From Eledone cirrhosa (lineage: Eukaryota), in contig OZ024742.1 of NCBI GenBank assembly GCA_964016885.1, positions 197,718,001 through 197,782,000 on the forward strand: a stretch of DNA of 64,000 nt. The letters run 5' to 3'. This document shows, piece after piece, positions 38,937-53,601 of this stretch (positions are counted from its first letter, which is position 1; every line of letters starts with the position of its first letter). The notes under the pieces are model-generated. The model had not been told where the DNA came from. It worked only from the letters and a program-made list of their open reading frames with translations, and ran no database searches. A program made the position numbers and the translations under genes.

Positions 38937-39028
38937 CTCTTTTGTGAGTGGGTGGTGTGTTGGAAGTCAATATGTTTTCTACTTGTTGCACCATTGCACT
39001 TGTATGCAATGCAGAATCAGAGTTGGTT
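38937..39028 (-). CDS. CRTC: CRTC/TORC coding exon containing the SIK/AMPK 14-3-3 phospho-site motif (R)TNSDSALHTS
   Basis: Minus strand reads ttttttgtag|a acc aac tct gat tct gca ttg cat aca agt ... cac aaa aga g|gtaggt, giving (R)TNSDSALHTSAMVQQVENILTSNTPPTHKR. This matches the conserved CRTC RTNSDSALHxS motif (CRTC1 S151/CRTC2 S171 region). 92 nt, phase 2 in, phase 1 out. Confidence 0.93.
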
Positions 39029-39189
39029 CTACAAAAAACAAAAAAAAGAAATTCAGTTAGTGAATTGTAGCATGTGTGTGTATGTGTTTTATCAAAGTTG
39101 GACAAATAAAAGGAAAAAGAATAAACCATTTACAACAACAACAACTTTAATAATATGCCAATCATAGCTGAAAGATAAGAAAAGTTTTA

Positions 39190-39793
39190 GTTAACTCTTT
39201 CGGTGCCAAAAACGTACTGGTATGTCTTTTATCTCCCATCCCTTCTGTGCCAAAGACATATTGGTATGTTTTAGTTTAGTTTGTGAAGCACAGGTTCAGA
39301 CAAAGTAAATATAACAAATTTGATCAAAATATGTCTTAATTTAAAAAAAAAAATGTTTATTATGCCAAATAAATGTGTAATCCTGGCCTGGGCAGTAAAA
39401 ATACCCCAAAAGGTATTGGTACTCAAAGAGTTAATATACCTAGTGTTAAGAGATTACCAAGAAAAGGAAACTTTAATAAGACCATATGTTAACTCTCTGA
39501 GTACCAAAAACATACAGGTACATTTTTTTTACCCCTTGTGATGTACTCATAAACCTTTTTTTCTCCCACCCCTCCTATGTGCCAATGACAACTGGTACAT
39601 ATTTTACCTCCAAAGAGGAATATTCTAATTTAGTTTGTGAAACTCAGGTCCAGACATAGTAAATAAAACAAATTTAATTAAAATATTTATTTTATTTTAA
39701 ATGACTTTTTTGTTTTAAATGCAAAGATTAATGTATAATCCCAACCTAAGGCAGTAAAATATCCCAACATAAGACAGGCACTCAAAGAATTAA
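39190..39793. mobile_element. Two tandem TTAA-flanked MITE copies (family 3)
   Basis: ttaactct(t/c)t...ctcaaaga(g/a)ttaa at 39191-39434 and 39489-39793, with a shared interior. Confidence 0.7.
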
Positions 39794-41969
39794 AGTTTAA
39801 ATCATAACAGAAATCTAGAATTCGAGGAAGTCTTCAGGATTGTGTTCTCAATTTCTTAGATCTAAACAAAAACTTCAGACTAAATGAAACTGATCTAAAC
39901 AGAAAAAGACATTCCCCACAAAATATTTATCACCATTTCCCATCTGTTTTTCTGACATGGGTTGGGCTGGTTACTATAGACCAAGTCAGTAAATAATCAG
40001 CGGTACAACCCTACAGCCCTCATATACAGATCAGAAAGCCACATTTTACTAACACATTTCATTTTCCACATGATTTTTATGGCTGGATACCATTTCTAAT
40101 GTCAACCACTATACAGAATGCACAGGGTATATTTTGTCCTGGCACCAGCACTAGTGAAGATGCCATGTTCGTGATGTGGCCGAAGAACTCTCTCTACTCT
40201 TTTCTTATGATTTCTACAACTAGATTCCCTTCCTAATGCAAACTACTTTACATAATGTACAGCATGCATTGATGCAACTGAACAGCCCTCACTACTGGCT
40301 TTTGGCATGGTTTCTACAGTGGGATAGGGATACCCTTCCTAACATTTTACAAAATGGTCGAAGTAGATTTTATCATAACACCAATACTAGGGTGCTTGTA
40401 ATGTCCTTTGTGTTATTGAAGAGCCTTTTTACCTTTTTCTCATGCCCTTCCTAACACTATATAAACCAAAATTATTAAGAAAACTAAAAAAAATCCACAT
40501 TGATTTGTACTTGGTAAAATAGTGAAGGCATATGCCCTAGTATGTAGGGTGTTCAACTCACAATCAAAGTTGTGTTAATAGTGACAATGGGCTCAATTTC
40601 TTGACTGGGCAGCATATTGTGTTTTTCAGTAAGACACTTCATTTTATGTTGCTTTTCATGATAGGACTGGGGACCCTATCATTAAAACACACGGGTAACC
40701 TCCCGAGAGATGTAACCTCATACACAGCCAACTAAACCTGCATTGGTGTGAGCTGTAAATTTCATTTTTGATACTTCTGACATAATGAGCAAAATGAAAT
40801 AACAATTAAATTGATCTTATTTTAAAACTGAAAAACCATATCAGAGAAATTGCTGTTTATATTATATCTTTTTGTAAATTATATTTTTAAAAATGTTAAT
40901 TCACTAATTAAAACTAAAATGCTATTTAACTTAATTCATCATTTCATTTCTATTATTACAAATTAAAAGCTTCTCTCACTCTCCTTCTCTCTCTCTCTCT
41001 CTCTCATCTCTTTTACCACCCCTCCCACTCTCTTGTCCCCCTTTCTCACCCCTCTCTCTTCCACTATCTTCCTACCACTCCCCTTTTCTTGATCTCTGAT
41101 ATATCTGCATCCATTAAAAGTGAATTAGTTATTAAAAAGATGCATACTATCTATAATAAAAGCATTTGATGTATTATATGCAAAATTGTCAATTTAAATT
41201 GGGGTGGAGAGTGGGGTTATGCATTAAGGTAAAACATTTTAGAATTCAAGCTAGAATTCATTAAGTTTCAAATGATAGTGTGAAAACTCCTTCATTAAAC
41301 AATTATTATTATTATTATAATATAATCCCGCCGAGGTTGACTTTGCCTTTCATCCTTACGGGGTCGATAAAATAAAGTACCAGTAATGCACTGGGTAATT
41401 GCTGGCCTTGTGCCAAAAGTAGAAACAATTATTATTATAATATAATGTTTAGCCAGTGAAGGCATGTGGTTTAGTGGTTAAGGTATTCAGCTCATGATTG
41501 TAAGTTCATGAGTTCTATTCCTTGCAATGCATTATGTCCTTAAGCAAAACACTTTAGTTTGTGTTGCCCCAGTTCACTCAGCTGGCAAAAATGAATTGTA
41601 CTTGTAATTCAAAAGGCCAACCATGTCACACCCTGTGTTATGCTGAATATCACTGAAAACTATGTTAAAGGTACACATATCTTGTGGAATGTTCCATTAC
41701 CTACATGTTAATTTCACGAGCAAGCTGTTCTGTTAATTGAATCAACTGGAACACTTAATGTTGGAATCGACAGAGTGCCAACAATAAGTCAGAGAGGGAA
41801 GGTTAGCACCCATGACTCTCTTTATGATCTCTGAGACTGGTGAGAGATGGAGGAGGTTCTCCTAAACTGGTCTGAACATTTGTAAGAAGATTAAATTCTG
41901 CTAAAGGCACCCAAGGACTAGGTGGTGTTAAACTGTATCACAGTTTAAGTAGACTGACCACAACAGAAT

Positions 41970-43253
41970 TTAACCCTTTTGATATTCAACCTCCTGAAAC
42001 TACTCCTGTTTCTATGATAAGCTGTTTGTTTTTAAATATTTATATTCATCTAAAATCTTTCCATCATAATTTTATCTAAAAACCTGTTACGTTTGTTCCA
42101 AACACCAACTTAATGATTTCTGATTTAGGCACAAGGCCAACAATTTGGGGGGAGTAGAAAGTTGATTACACTGACCCCAGTGCATTACTGGTACTTTATT
42201 TTATCAACCCCCGTAAGGATGAAATGTAAAGCTAACCGTGGCAGGATTTGAAATTGATATGTAAAGGGCTGTAACTATACTGCAAAGCATGATGTCCGGC
42301 GCTCTACCAAATTTGACAATCCACCACCCTTACTTAATGAAGCTTAATAATGAAAGAATTAGTTATATTACTAAAGCCTTCATAAATTGTTCATTATTTT
42401 CAGAATGGAATGAATTGAAAATCATAGGTAATGTCTATCGTTAGAAATATGGTATTGAAATGGTTAAACGCAGAACATACAAAGCATATTTTCAATGGGA
42501 GTTGTTGGAGGGAATTGATCTGGCAGCAGTAAGAATTTCAGAGTTCAGCACAAAATTCAATGAACAAAGAGTTAGCCATAACTGCTATGAAGTTTAACAA
42601 CAGCCATTATCAAAATAGAAGCAGTAAAAGAAAAGTTAATTGACCAGATATTGGTGTAAAACATCACATGGAAAGGAAATGTCTCCTAATTGAAATGTCA
42701 GTGTCAACAGATGATAATTTATCTCTGAGGCTATATCTGAAGTTAAACCTTTTGACATCAAAGTCCCTTGAAACTGACTGTTTCTACACTACAAAGATGT
42801 TTGTTTTAAAGTGTTTATATTTATCAACAAAAAAAAATCTTCTGTCATAATTTAAGTTATACTCCAAGCACCAGATTAATAATTGTTTCTACTTTTGGAG
42901 CAAGGCCAGCAATTACCCCCAGTGCATTACTGGTACTTTATTTTAATAATGGTTTCTGATTTAGGCACAAAGCCAACAATTTTAGGGGAGGGGAAAGTCA
43001 ATTAAATCAACCCCAGTGCATTACTGGTGCTTTATTTTATCAACCCCGTAAAGATGAAAGGCAGAGCTAACCTCAGAGCGATTTGAACTCAGAACGTAAA
43101 GGGCTGTAACTCTATGCTGCAAAGCACAGGAAACACCAGATTAATAATGAGGAAGTTGTATTACTAAATGCCACCAAATTCTTTCTTTATTTTCAAAATG
43201 ATTTGAAAATGATAGGCAGTGTTCTATTAGAAATATGGTCAGGAAATGGTTAA
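41970..43253. mobile_element. Two MITE family 1 copies, each interrupted by SINE family A
   Basis: MITE termini at 41970/42467 and 42743/43253. The SINE inserts are flanked by the direct repeats acttaatga and caccagattaataat. Confidence 0.75.
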
Positions 43254-44520
43254 GAGGTAAGTGAGACGACAGACATCAAAATACAAAGACAAATCTAAAG
43301 ATATCTGCTGCTATTGATTTTATTCTCATCAACCACTTGTCAACAAAATTTCTTTTGAAATAAGTCTTTGAGCATCAACATATTATTAGAAATATCTATA
43401 TGAGTGGGTAAGAGGGGAATAATGTAGGGCATATATAGGATAATTGTAGATTCATTCATTCCACTTTAAGATCAATCATTATCACCATTACCATCCATAT
43501 CATCGTCACCATTATCACTACCACTCCTACCACCTCATCATCACCACTACCACAATTGACACCCCATCTCCACCAACATCATTTCAATATCCATTTCTCC
43601 ATAACACAATTTTAAATTAGAATTGAAGTGTCTCAAACCTAGGGACTCATCAGACCAGAGTTTATTTAAGTTTCATGCAGCATTAAACCCTTTCATGATA
43701 GTATTTCTAATGAAATACACTCTATTTTACTTAATTAATGAATAATTTTAAAGGATTTACTCAAATTCTTAACTATTTCTTTACTTAGGTGTTAACTTAA
43801 AATATAGTTCTTATATATGTTGGAAGATTTTAATTTAAATAGTAACCCTTTAACCCCTTTCTGACCATATTCCAATAAATTGATGAAGAAATTTTCAGGA
43901 ATTTACTGAAATTCTTAATTCATTACTAATTAACTTAAAATATGGTTCTTATGTAAAATTCTTTTAGATTTTAATTTAAATAGGAACCCTTTAAAATAAG
44001 TAGTTTTGTTTCATAAAACAAGAGCTGGTTTTAGCTAGGCTCGTATCAAAAGGGGTTTGTGACAGTGGACAAACTAACCTTTCAACTCCTGCTAGTACTC
44101 TCTGTCAATAAGTATGTATTTCAAAATGGGTAAAATGGTGCTATGTCAGCTTTGCTTGGTGACTCACATTTTGCACTTGATGTTCACAGGACATGCAAAG
44201 ATTGCAATGTGATGGATACTAGAGAAGGTAAAGAAGAAGAGGGATAGGCCCATGAACAGCTGGTGACCAACATTCTAGGAGAACTTCAGATACACAAGAA
44301 TTAGTTAGAGAGAACCATGGCAGATTGACCAGGCTAGCTGAAGCTTGCTTTGTGAGGCATGAGATGATTTATGACTGAAACTAAGAGTATATACCATACT
44401 TATATAATAGAAGAAATGTATAGGCAGCCATCAGAAATAGTATTCAACCAAGGAAAAACTGACTCAAAAATTCTCCTTCAACCCATGCTAGCATGAGAAA
44501 AAAAATGTAAAAAAAAAAAA

Positions 44521-44795
44521 TGATGATGGTAATGATGATGGTGGTGATGATGTTGGTAAGGATGATGATGATAGTAATAATGGTGGTGGTGGCAGTGGTG
44601 ATGATGATGATGATGATGATGGTGGTGGTAGTGATGTTGTTGTTGTTGGTGGTGGTGATGGTGTTAGTAGTGGTGGTGGTGGTGGTATCCCTGCTGATGA
44701 GAATGAAGGTGGTAGTGGCAGTGTTGGTGATAACAATTATGATGAAGGAGACATTGAAGATGATGATGATGGTGGTGAGGGTGGTGGTGGTGGTG
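44521..44795. repeat. (TGA/TGG)n compound trinucleotide repeat
   Basis: Direct inspection. Confidence 0.9.
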
Positions 44796-47700
44796 TTCCT
44801 AAGACAGTTGAATGTTAATGTAAAAGAAACAAACTAAACTACCAGCTTCTGTGCCCAGCCACAGCTGCTGGTAGTTCTAGACAATTGCTATATTTTCCTA
44901 CAGATCATATCTGGAAGGCTGGCTGCTCTATAAATATCTCTTAAATCCCCCTACATTTAGTATGGCTGCACGACATTGATTGAAATGACAACTGCAAGCA
45001 TACTACATGCATGCACATGCACGCATGGACACATGAACACATACACACACCTCAACTGCATATCTATTGCAAAATGGATGGCTTGATAAAAAATAATTAG
45101 AGTTACCATAGGATGGCAAAACCTTCAGCAATTGTTTATAACAATCATCAAAGGAATTAAAAATAAACTGTAAGCTGATATAAGAGCTGGCGCTACCATT
45201 AAAGCCAACTAGACAATTGCCTTGGGGACAGAGCTCTGAATGGCACATGACAGAATCTTAAAGGATCTCAGTTATATTCAGATTCAGATAATTAAATTAG
45301 ATCATCATCATCACCGTTTCTTGTCCATTGTGAGCCAAGCCAGATCAGATGACTGTGCCTTGCTCATACTGGACTGATTTGGGTTTGCCCTTCTTAATGC
45401 CAACCAAATTTACAGTGCTGACTGGGTGCTTTTTGTTGACACCAGAAACGACCACTTTACAGAATTGACTGGGGGGCTGGGGTGGAGGAGGTGCATGGGG
45501 ATTGAAGAGGTAGATCTAAGGTGGGGCACTTATCAGATTAGGGGGTGGATCAAGGGAGGGGTGTTAGGACGGTGGAGGTGTATGGTAGGAGGAGATAAGG
45601 GAGAGTAGTGTGTACTAGATGTATGCTTCAAGCCGTGCACATGAGAAGGCAAGTCTTCTGTATTACTAGATAACGCCAAAGATCTCGATCCTGTCTCATC
45701 GCCTTTCAGAGGTGTAATTGTGCAAGGTCAGTTTTTATTGCCTAATCCCAAGTCTTCCTACTCCATAGCTTCTATCAACTTTGAGTGCCCTGCACTTTTT
45801 TAAACAACTATCATCTGGCGTGTGTATCACATGTCCATACCAACACAATCCCCTCTCTTGGACACTGCATGATCCCTCTTTTGCCCAGTTTCTCTCTCAG
45901 TTCATGAATATTACTATTATAGATCTATCGAAGCATGCCAGCTTCATTTCTTTCCAAACTTGAGTGAGTGTATAATCATCATTGTTTTTATGGATGTCTT
46001 TTCTATGTTGGTATAAGTAATTGAGACTTTCTTGAAGCATTATCCCACTGTCAACCCAAACTTTATTTCTAACTAAAGTATATAACACTCATCTTCATCG
46101 TAGCAGTCAGCATCAGGATGTATTGCTTATGTGGGACATAAACAAACATCATTGCTTGCTTTAAATAGTGTCAATATGATGATGCATGGAGACATACGCA
46201 CACAAATATAATATATATATATGTTGGCTTTCTTTACAGTTTCTGTTTACCTAATCCACTCATAAGGTATTGATCAGTCTATAGTGGAAGACACTTGTCA
46301 AGATGCCACAAAGCGGGTGGGAAGATCAAAGAATGTGGTTCTTAACCACACAGTCATACCTGCACCTTTTATTCTTTTAATTGTTTCATTCATTAGACTG
46401 CAGCCATGCTGAGGAACTACATGGAAGAGATTTAGTCAATTGCAAGCAGGGAAAAGCAGACATAAAATGATGATGATGATGATGATGATGATGATGTTGA
46501 CCCAGACAGGTATTTTTTCCAGTCTGGAATTTATTTTATTGATCTCATTTTGCAAACTGCAAAGTTATGAGACATAAACCAATAGTAAATGTAAACACAA
46601 ACACTCATATCTATATGCCACCAACATCATTTAATGTCCGCTTTTCTTGCTAACACAAGTTTCTAGACAGTTCCCATCCGCAAAATAACACTCAACCTGA
46701 GGATAGAAAAATACACTTGCTCAAGATTCCATGCAGTGGACTGAATCCAAAGCCATGTGGTTGTGGAGCAAACTTGTTAACTACACAGCCATGCCTGTTA
46801 CACAACCACACTCACAAATACATATATATATATATATATATATATATGTATAACAGCTGGGGATAAAGATACCAGGTGTAAAATCTCTGGCCCAGTTATA
46901 CAAGTTCTAACAAGCACTTAGAGGTCAATACATGGGTGCAGATTGACAGCACACGTGTAATGCACCCCACAGGCTAAGCTGACCCACATCATATATGAAG
47001 GACATATTAAAACAATGTACCTCTTGTTTCATCCCCAAATCAAACAAAAAAATTATAGTATGGCCTCAATATTTTATGTTCCAGAATTATACCAATTCTT
47101 AGCATCCCGTAAAGATTTAATCAAAAATATTTGACAGATTGTGAAAATTTGCAATACCGGTGTAAAGACTGTTGTTTTGTACTTTCCATTAATGTCTTGT
47201 TATTGTGATTGGTTTTATGCAGTTTGTTAGCTCAAATGTTTATAATATGTTTACCAATGGATAGATTGTTGAGAAAATTTGCAGTGCTTTTTGTGATGTA
47301 GTAAATGCTGTTTTGTACTTTTTGTCTTATTAATTTGGTTTCGTGTAGTACAGGGTGTTAAGAATTAAGGTACAAGCTTGGTTGTGTGGTAAAGAAGTCT
47401 GTTCATATCCATAATGTTTTGGAATTCTAAGCCACTAAATTGCACCTTGGCAAAGTGTCTACTATAGCCTTGGGCTGACCAATGCCTTGTGAGTAAATTT
47501 GATGTATGTGTATGTGTGTGTGTGTGTCTGTGTTTTTGCTTTGTATTTGTCATTGATAGTGGTGATATATTGTTATGTTCTGCAGCTCAGCAGTTTTACA
47601 TGTGAACGTCCATGGCTTAAACCCCCTCCCCCCCACACACACACAAAAGTGTCAGCATTGGGAAGGACATCCTGACAAAGAATACTGTCTCAAAAAGATT

Positions 47701-48404
47701 TTCTTGAACTCATGATTGTATGGAAAGCAAAACAAGTACAAATAATGATGATGGTGGTGATAACATATATCTAATAAGAACTACATTTGATGAAAAGATT
47801 TATTTTTGTTATTGCTAGGTCTGGAGGAAGGGTCATGCCGATGACCTTTGTAGGGCCTCAAAACTGATTAGACTGATGCTGTTCATGTTTAGCATAAATT
47901 GTTGCAGGTCAACTCCTGTGCAGGAAGAGAATTCTGAAGGAATAATGTTCAGAGGAGGAAGGACTAGGCATAGGGGCTAGTGTATGTGAGGGTCTGACAC
48001 AGTATAGGTGGTGATAAGAGAAGTAACAGGTGAGTCATGAGTGCCATTGTACATAGTTGGTCAACTCTGAGCAGCAGAAGCCATTGTAGTAGCAGTAAAA
48101 AAGACGGAGAAAGGAGACAAAACTTCATTGTGAGAGCCTATATATAGTCACTCAACCAATTAGAAATAGCAACCAAAATTTCCTTCAAATTATATCCTAC
48201 TGTCTAAAATGGATAGATACATTAGATAACATATGCCAAGATAAGCAATGCCCAGGAAAGAAAGAAAAAAAAAAGACTGGATGGACATGCCTGGAATGCT
48301 TTTGAACATAGGTCTGTCAAGAGCAGAATTTACCAAAGGTTTTCTGGCTGTGAATCGAACCCAGGCCACTATTTCCCCGACATGGGAACTTCATATTTTT
48401 TGTC

Positions 48405-49077
48405 CCAGTGGATAGGCAAAGTCACGAAAGCATCAGACATGCTGTGAAACAATTGTTCTGGCTCCTTACAATCTGAGTTCAAATCCCACAGAGATTAGTT
48501 TTACATTTCATCCTTATGGGGGTTGATAAAATAAAGTACCAGTAATGCACTTGAGTCGATTTGATCAACTTTTCCTTCCCTCAAATTTCTGGCCCTGTGC
48601 CTCAATTAGAAACCATTATTATTATTATTAGTTGAAAAAGGGCAGTGGATTGGCAGTATCGGTAGAGAGTTGGACGCCATGCTTTGACACAGAGTTACGG
48701 CCCTTGCCATTCTGAGTTCAAATCCCGTGGAGGTTAACTTTGCCTTTCATCCTTACGGGGTCGATAAAATAAAGTACCAGTAATGCACTGGGTAATTGCT
48801 GGCCTTGTGCCAAAAGTAGAAACAATTATTATTAGTCTAAAGTTATTAAGGGTGGTGGATTGGCAGTATTGGTAGAACGTTGGACAATATGCTTTGTGGC
48901 ATAGAGTTACAGCTCTTTACGCTCCGAGTTCAAATCACACCGAGGTCAGCTTTGCCTTTCATCCTTACGGGGTCGATAAAATAAAGCACCAGTAACGTAC
49001 TGGGGTCAATTTAATTGACTTTCCCCTCCCCAAAATTACTGGCTTTGTGCCTATACTAGAAATTATTATTATTATTA
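48405..49077 (+). mobile_element. Head-to-tail trimer of SINE family A
   Basis: Three consecutive copies, each ending in (tta)n. Confidence 0.85.
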
Positions 49078-49749
49078 ATCTAAGGTTATTTAAAACTAAT
49101 TAATAAAATTATGAATAAAGATTTAGCTGAAACAACTGACTGTAAGCAAATAAGAAATTTTTTTAAAAACGAAACCATAATAGAAAAAGTGTTACTATAG
49201 CAACCAACCCTCCAGAGAAAATTAATTTCTGCAAGGATCAGAACTCATTGACCAACAACAACAGCCAGGAAGGAAGAAAAGAAGGAAAGAATGAAGATTT
49301 GGTTTTGTTTTTCATAATAGGTGCATGCTTAGCTGTTTGCTTAAGGAATGGACCTCCGTCAACTTCAATGATGAATGTTGCAGTTGTTTGATCAACAGAA
49401 CAGCCCGCTCTTGAAATTAATGTGGAAGTGGCTGAGCATTCCATAATCATATGTACCCTTAACTCTTTAGAATTTACATTATATATACTACTATAATATC
49501 GAATCTACGAGATTTTAATATTTATTTTGAGAACAATACCTTAACATAAGTATGAGTGGCCAGTTACAGGTGGCTTGAACAGAAAGAGATGAGAAAATTT
49601 GGGCTGGGTACGGCCAGTTTAAATGCTAAAGTGTTATTGTAGTTCTCAGGGAGAATCAGTGTGACAATGTGTGACAAAGCTGACCCTCTGAATATACAAC
49701 ACATTTCATTCTGTTTCCCCGGTTACTGACTGGGACTTCGATCTTTGCT

Positions 49750-50200
49750 CAGTTGACTTGGAGGCCTTTTGATTCCAGGTTTTGCTTTCATGTCTGGAAT
49801 TTCTTCTCTAACTCAGCTGAAGTTTCATCATTGGTATAAAGGAGTTCCCATGGGCTGCCGGTTTTAAACTCCTTTGTTATGGCTTGTAGAACAATAATAA
49901 ACAAGAGGAGGCTGAGGACAGAACCATGGTGGACCCCCCACCAGCACACTAAATTTGTCAGTATATTCATTATTGACTATCCTTACTGACTACACCTTTG
50001 TATATAGCTTGTACAACCCTTACAAGTCATTTCTCTACTCCTAGTTTCCTATGAGCTCACCAGATTATAGAGCAGGGAACTTTGCCAAAAGCTTTTCTCC
50101 AGATCAATAAATGCAAGGTAGAGGGGCTTACTCTCAGCTAGTAACTTCTCCTGCAGCTGTCTCACAAGAAAGAAGGCATCTTTGGTACCTTTTTAGAGCA
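49750..50200 (-). mobile_element. Degenerate RTE RT fragment
   Basis: GVHHGSVLSLLLFIIVLQAITKEFKTGSPWELLY, the same family as 1424-3060. Confidence 0.8.
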
Positions 50201-51802
50201 CAATGTCTATGTTAATTCTATATTGCAATCATCACTTTTACATTCACTTTTCCATGGTGGCATGGGTAGGATGGGGCTTTTTGAGACAATGTTTTACAGT
50301 TAGGGATATGGTGTACCTATTCTACAAACTGGGACACACACACACACACATATATGTAAAGTTCTGGGGTCAATATAATTGATTAAATTCCCTTAAAGCC
50401 ATGCTCCAGTATGGCTGTAGTCTGAGTGAAACCAGTAAAGGAAACAAAGAATAGAAGTCCCTGCTCCTGCTCCACTTGACAGGGTCATACCCAAAGGCAA
50501 TTTTGCCCTCAAGGTTTCTACCTGTCAATTAATATAGATAGATGTTGCATAGAACATTTGGCTTGCATCAGGGAGAAGGTAGATAAAGAGGAAGGAGGGA
50601 CAAGGAAGATGTATTGGTAGTAGTGGTGGTTGTATTGATGGTTAGAAAGAGAGGAAGATGGAAGAATGTGAGAGAGGGGAATAAAACAAGCCTTGAGAAA
50701 GAGTTAAACGGAAGCAGTGTATTGCTAGTGCAATAATTAGAAATGATTTGCTGTGTGTGTGTGTGAGGTGTGTGGTGTGTGTGTGTGTGGTGTGTGTGTG
50801 CATGTGGTAGTAGTGTAAGCAAGTGTGTGTGTGTATGCAGCAGTATGTGTACATGTATATATGTTAGTGTGTGATAGCCTGTGTGGTAGTAAGACTCAAC
50901 ATGATGATGGTGGTTGATGGCATTAATAGCAGTGAGGTGGTGGTGACTATGGTGGTGATAGTGGTAAATGGTGGTGGCTGTGATGGCAGTGTTGATGGTG
51001 CTGGTTAAAGGTAAACTACATTATGTATGTGTGAGTGTGTGTGTGCTGCAGTAGGAGACCTCATAATCAAAGTGATGGTGGTGTAGGTGATGGTAGTAAT
51101 AGCGAAGGTGATTGTGGTTAGAAAGCAAATTGATGTGTGTCTGTGTGTGTAGTTAAGGGACAAGAGGAGGGTGGTGGTGGTAGATGGACAGTCACCATCG
51201 TGGTAAGATTAGCAGCTGGAACAGCATTCGCTTAGAATTACTGTCTTGGAGAGAGAGAGAGAGAGAGAGAGAGAAGGAAATAGTGACAGTAGTAATCTAT
51301 GTGATATAGTAGAGCAACAGGTTATCACTGCACTACAGGTGTGTCTGTTTGTGTGTTTTACTGCGCATAGACATTATATCTTGCAAAACAAATACATAAA
51401 CATGTGTGTATACATATACATACACACACACATATGCATATATATGTAGATATATATATATATATAGAAACATTATCCATCCATGCATCACCACCTCTTG
51501 TGTGCTGTTGTTTCCTACTGACATGGCATGTCATGGGCATTTGAAACCTAGAAGTGCCCATCCTTCTCCAGATTCATATGATATAGTTTTATATTTATCA
51601 TATATATCTAACACACACATATATATATATAGAGATAGATATTTTTATATATAGGGTTTTGTGGACACCAGTTTGTTTTGGATTTTTTGGTGTGTTTTTT
51701 TTTCCTGAGTATATATAAATATAATATATAAGGTTTTATATTTACTACAGGTGTTGAAAGTGATTCTATGCATATGCAGATAAATATTATATATATATAT
51801 AG

Positions 51803-51863
<61 letters not shown>

Positions 51864-53404
51864 GCCAATGCCAGAGATAACACCATCTACAACAGCCCTA
51901 GCAGCAACCACAACAGCAGCAGCAATATACTTGTTGCTGACAACAATAACAATAATAATACAGGAAGGAATTTACAGACTGTAGAAACCAGAACTGAAAA
52001 CAACATATCACAGGGTTGGTTAGTTAGCAGTCTGAGAGAGAGAGAGCGCATGAGCAAGAGAGTGAGTGAGAGAGAGAGAAAGAGAGAGATAGAGAGAGAC
52101 CGCATGAGCAAGAGAGAGAGAGAGAGATAGCATGAGTGAGAGAGCAAGCAAGAAAGAGACAGAGAGAAAGAATATTACAATAGCAGCAGCAGGAGCACCA
52201 CCACCAAACTAGCAGCAACAGCAACTCCCCACCACCTACAACTATTATCAGCAGCAACACCACCACCATAATAACCAAGTGACACTACAGCTCCCACCAC
52301 ATTCCTAATTTTCTCTTTCTTCCTTCTCTATTCAGTGAGCTAAATAGTGAGTGAGAATATTTTATGACTATAACAATGAAAGAGACTACCTATGATTTTT
52401 AAATAATTTTGAAAATATTCAAGAATTTTGAAGGATTTAGTAATATAACTTTCTCATTTAGCAGATTTGGGGAACATGATAAATATAAATACCAAAAAAA
52501 AAAATAATAACTTTGTATAGTAGAACCAGGACAGTTTCAGGAAGTTCGGTAAATGAATTAAGAAAGATCAATTACTAAAGACATCAATAATAACATTAAT
52601 GGAGGCTCTGTAATCTAGAATCTGTCACTCCCAGCATTAAATAGAGCAATCTAAACAGAGCATCCTCCATACTGCCCTGGGAGCTACAACTGTCAGCTAT
52701 GCCTTTGCGAACAGTTGCATATACAGGGTCTATCAAAAGGAAAAGTGACATAACATTTTGTCGCCCTGATAGCCAACTTCAAACCACTGGCCCTCAGACG
52801 TCCTACAAAGATAACTTTAGCTCCACCAGACTCAGCATGCACACCATGAAAACACCAATATCAGACCTTTCAAAAAGTCATCCCACACATTAACTGAACA
52901 TTCAGTCCACTAACAACATCAGATACACAGAGCAGAAGAACTGTCAGACTAATGAACATATATCTGAGGTCACTGGATTCACTCAGAGGTAATGATGCAA
53001 CCAAGCCAAAAACTGTCCCATGCTCACCCACTTAACATCCCATGAAGGCCCTTTACAGCATGCCCCTCAGCTCCATTCTCCCTTTTTTTCACTTATTTTT
53101 CAATGCATCTGGTGAATTAGACACGCATACCTCTTAAAACTACTGATAATACAGAAATAAGTCAAACTTAATATATGTGTATGTGATATATATATATGTG
53201 TGTGTGTATGTGTAAGTGTTAGGTGTGTAACTACAGTTACAGGTGGCTTGCAGTTCAAAGCAGTCAATGTTGTTACAAGATGTTAAAAAAGAGTTGGACC
53301 CCACCATTTTGATTGTACTCTGAGCTGATCGATATTGAAACAACTGTAACATGCCAATAAAGTTTGCACATACACTGCAGTACTGACACTTCGATTCTAC
53401 TTAA

Positions 53405-53446
<42 letters not shown>

Positions 53447-53601
53447 ATGTGTGTGTGTGTGTGCTATGGTATGCGATTGAACCCAGAACTATATGGTTGA
53501 AAAGCAAACTCCTTAACCACACAACCATGCCTATATGTATGCGTGTATATCATCATCATTTTACGTCTGCAGGGAAAAGCGGACGTAAAATGATGATGAT
53601 A

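Noticed and set aside
44488-44837. Pro/Ser-rich minus-strand ORF as a possible CRTC exon
   Set aside because: It is a TGG/TGA microsatellite with no convincing splice sites or CRTC motifs.
52600-53070. Higher-complexity segment, possibly a decayed LINE or an exon
   Set aside because: I found no recognisable motif or splice-consistent frame, so it is left unannotated.
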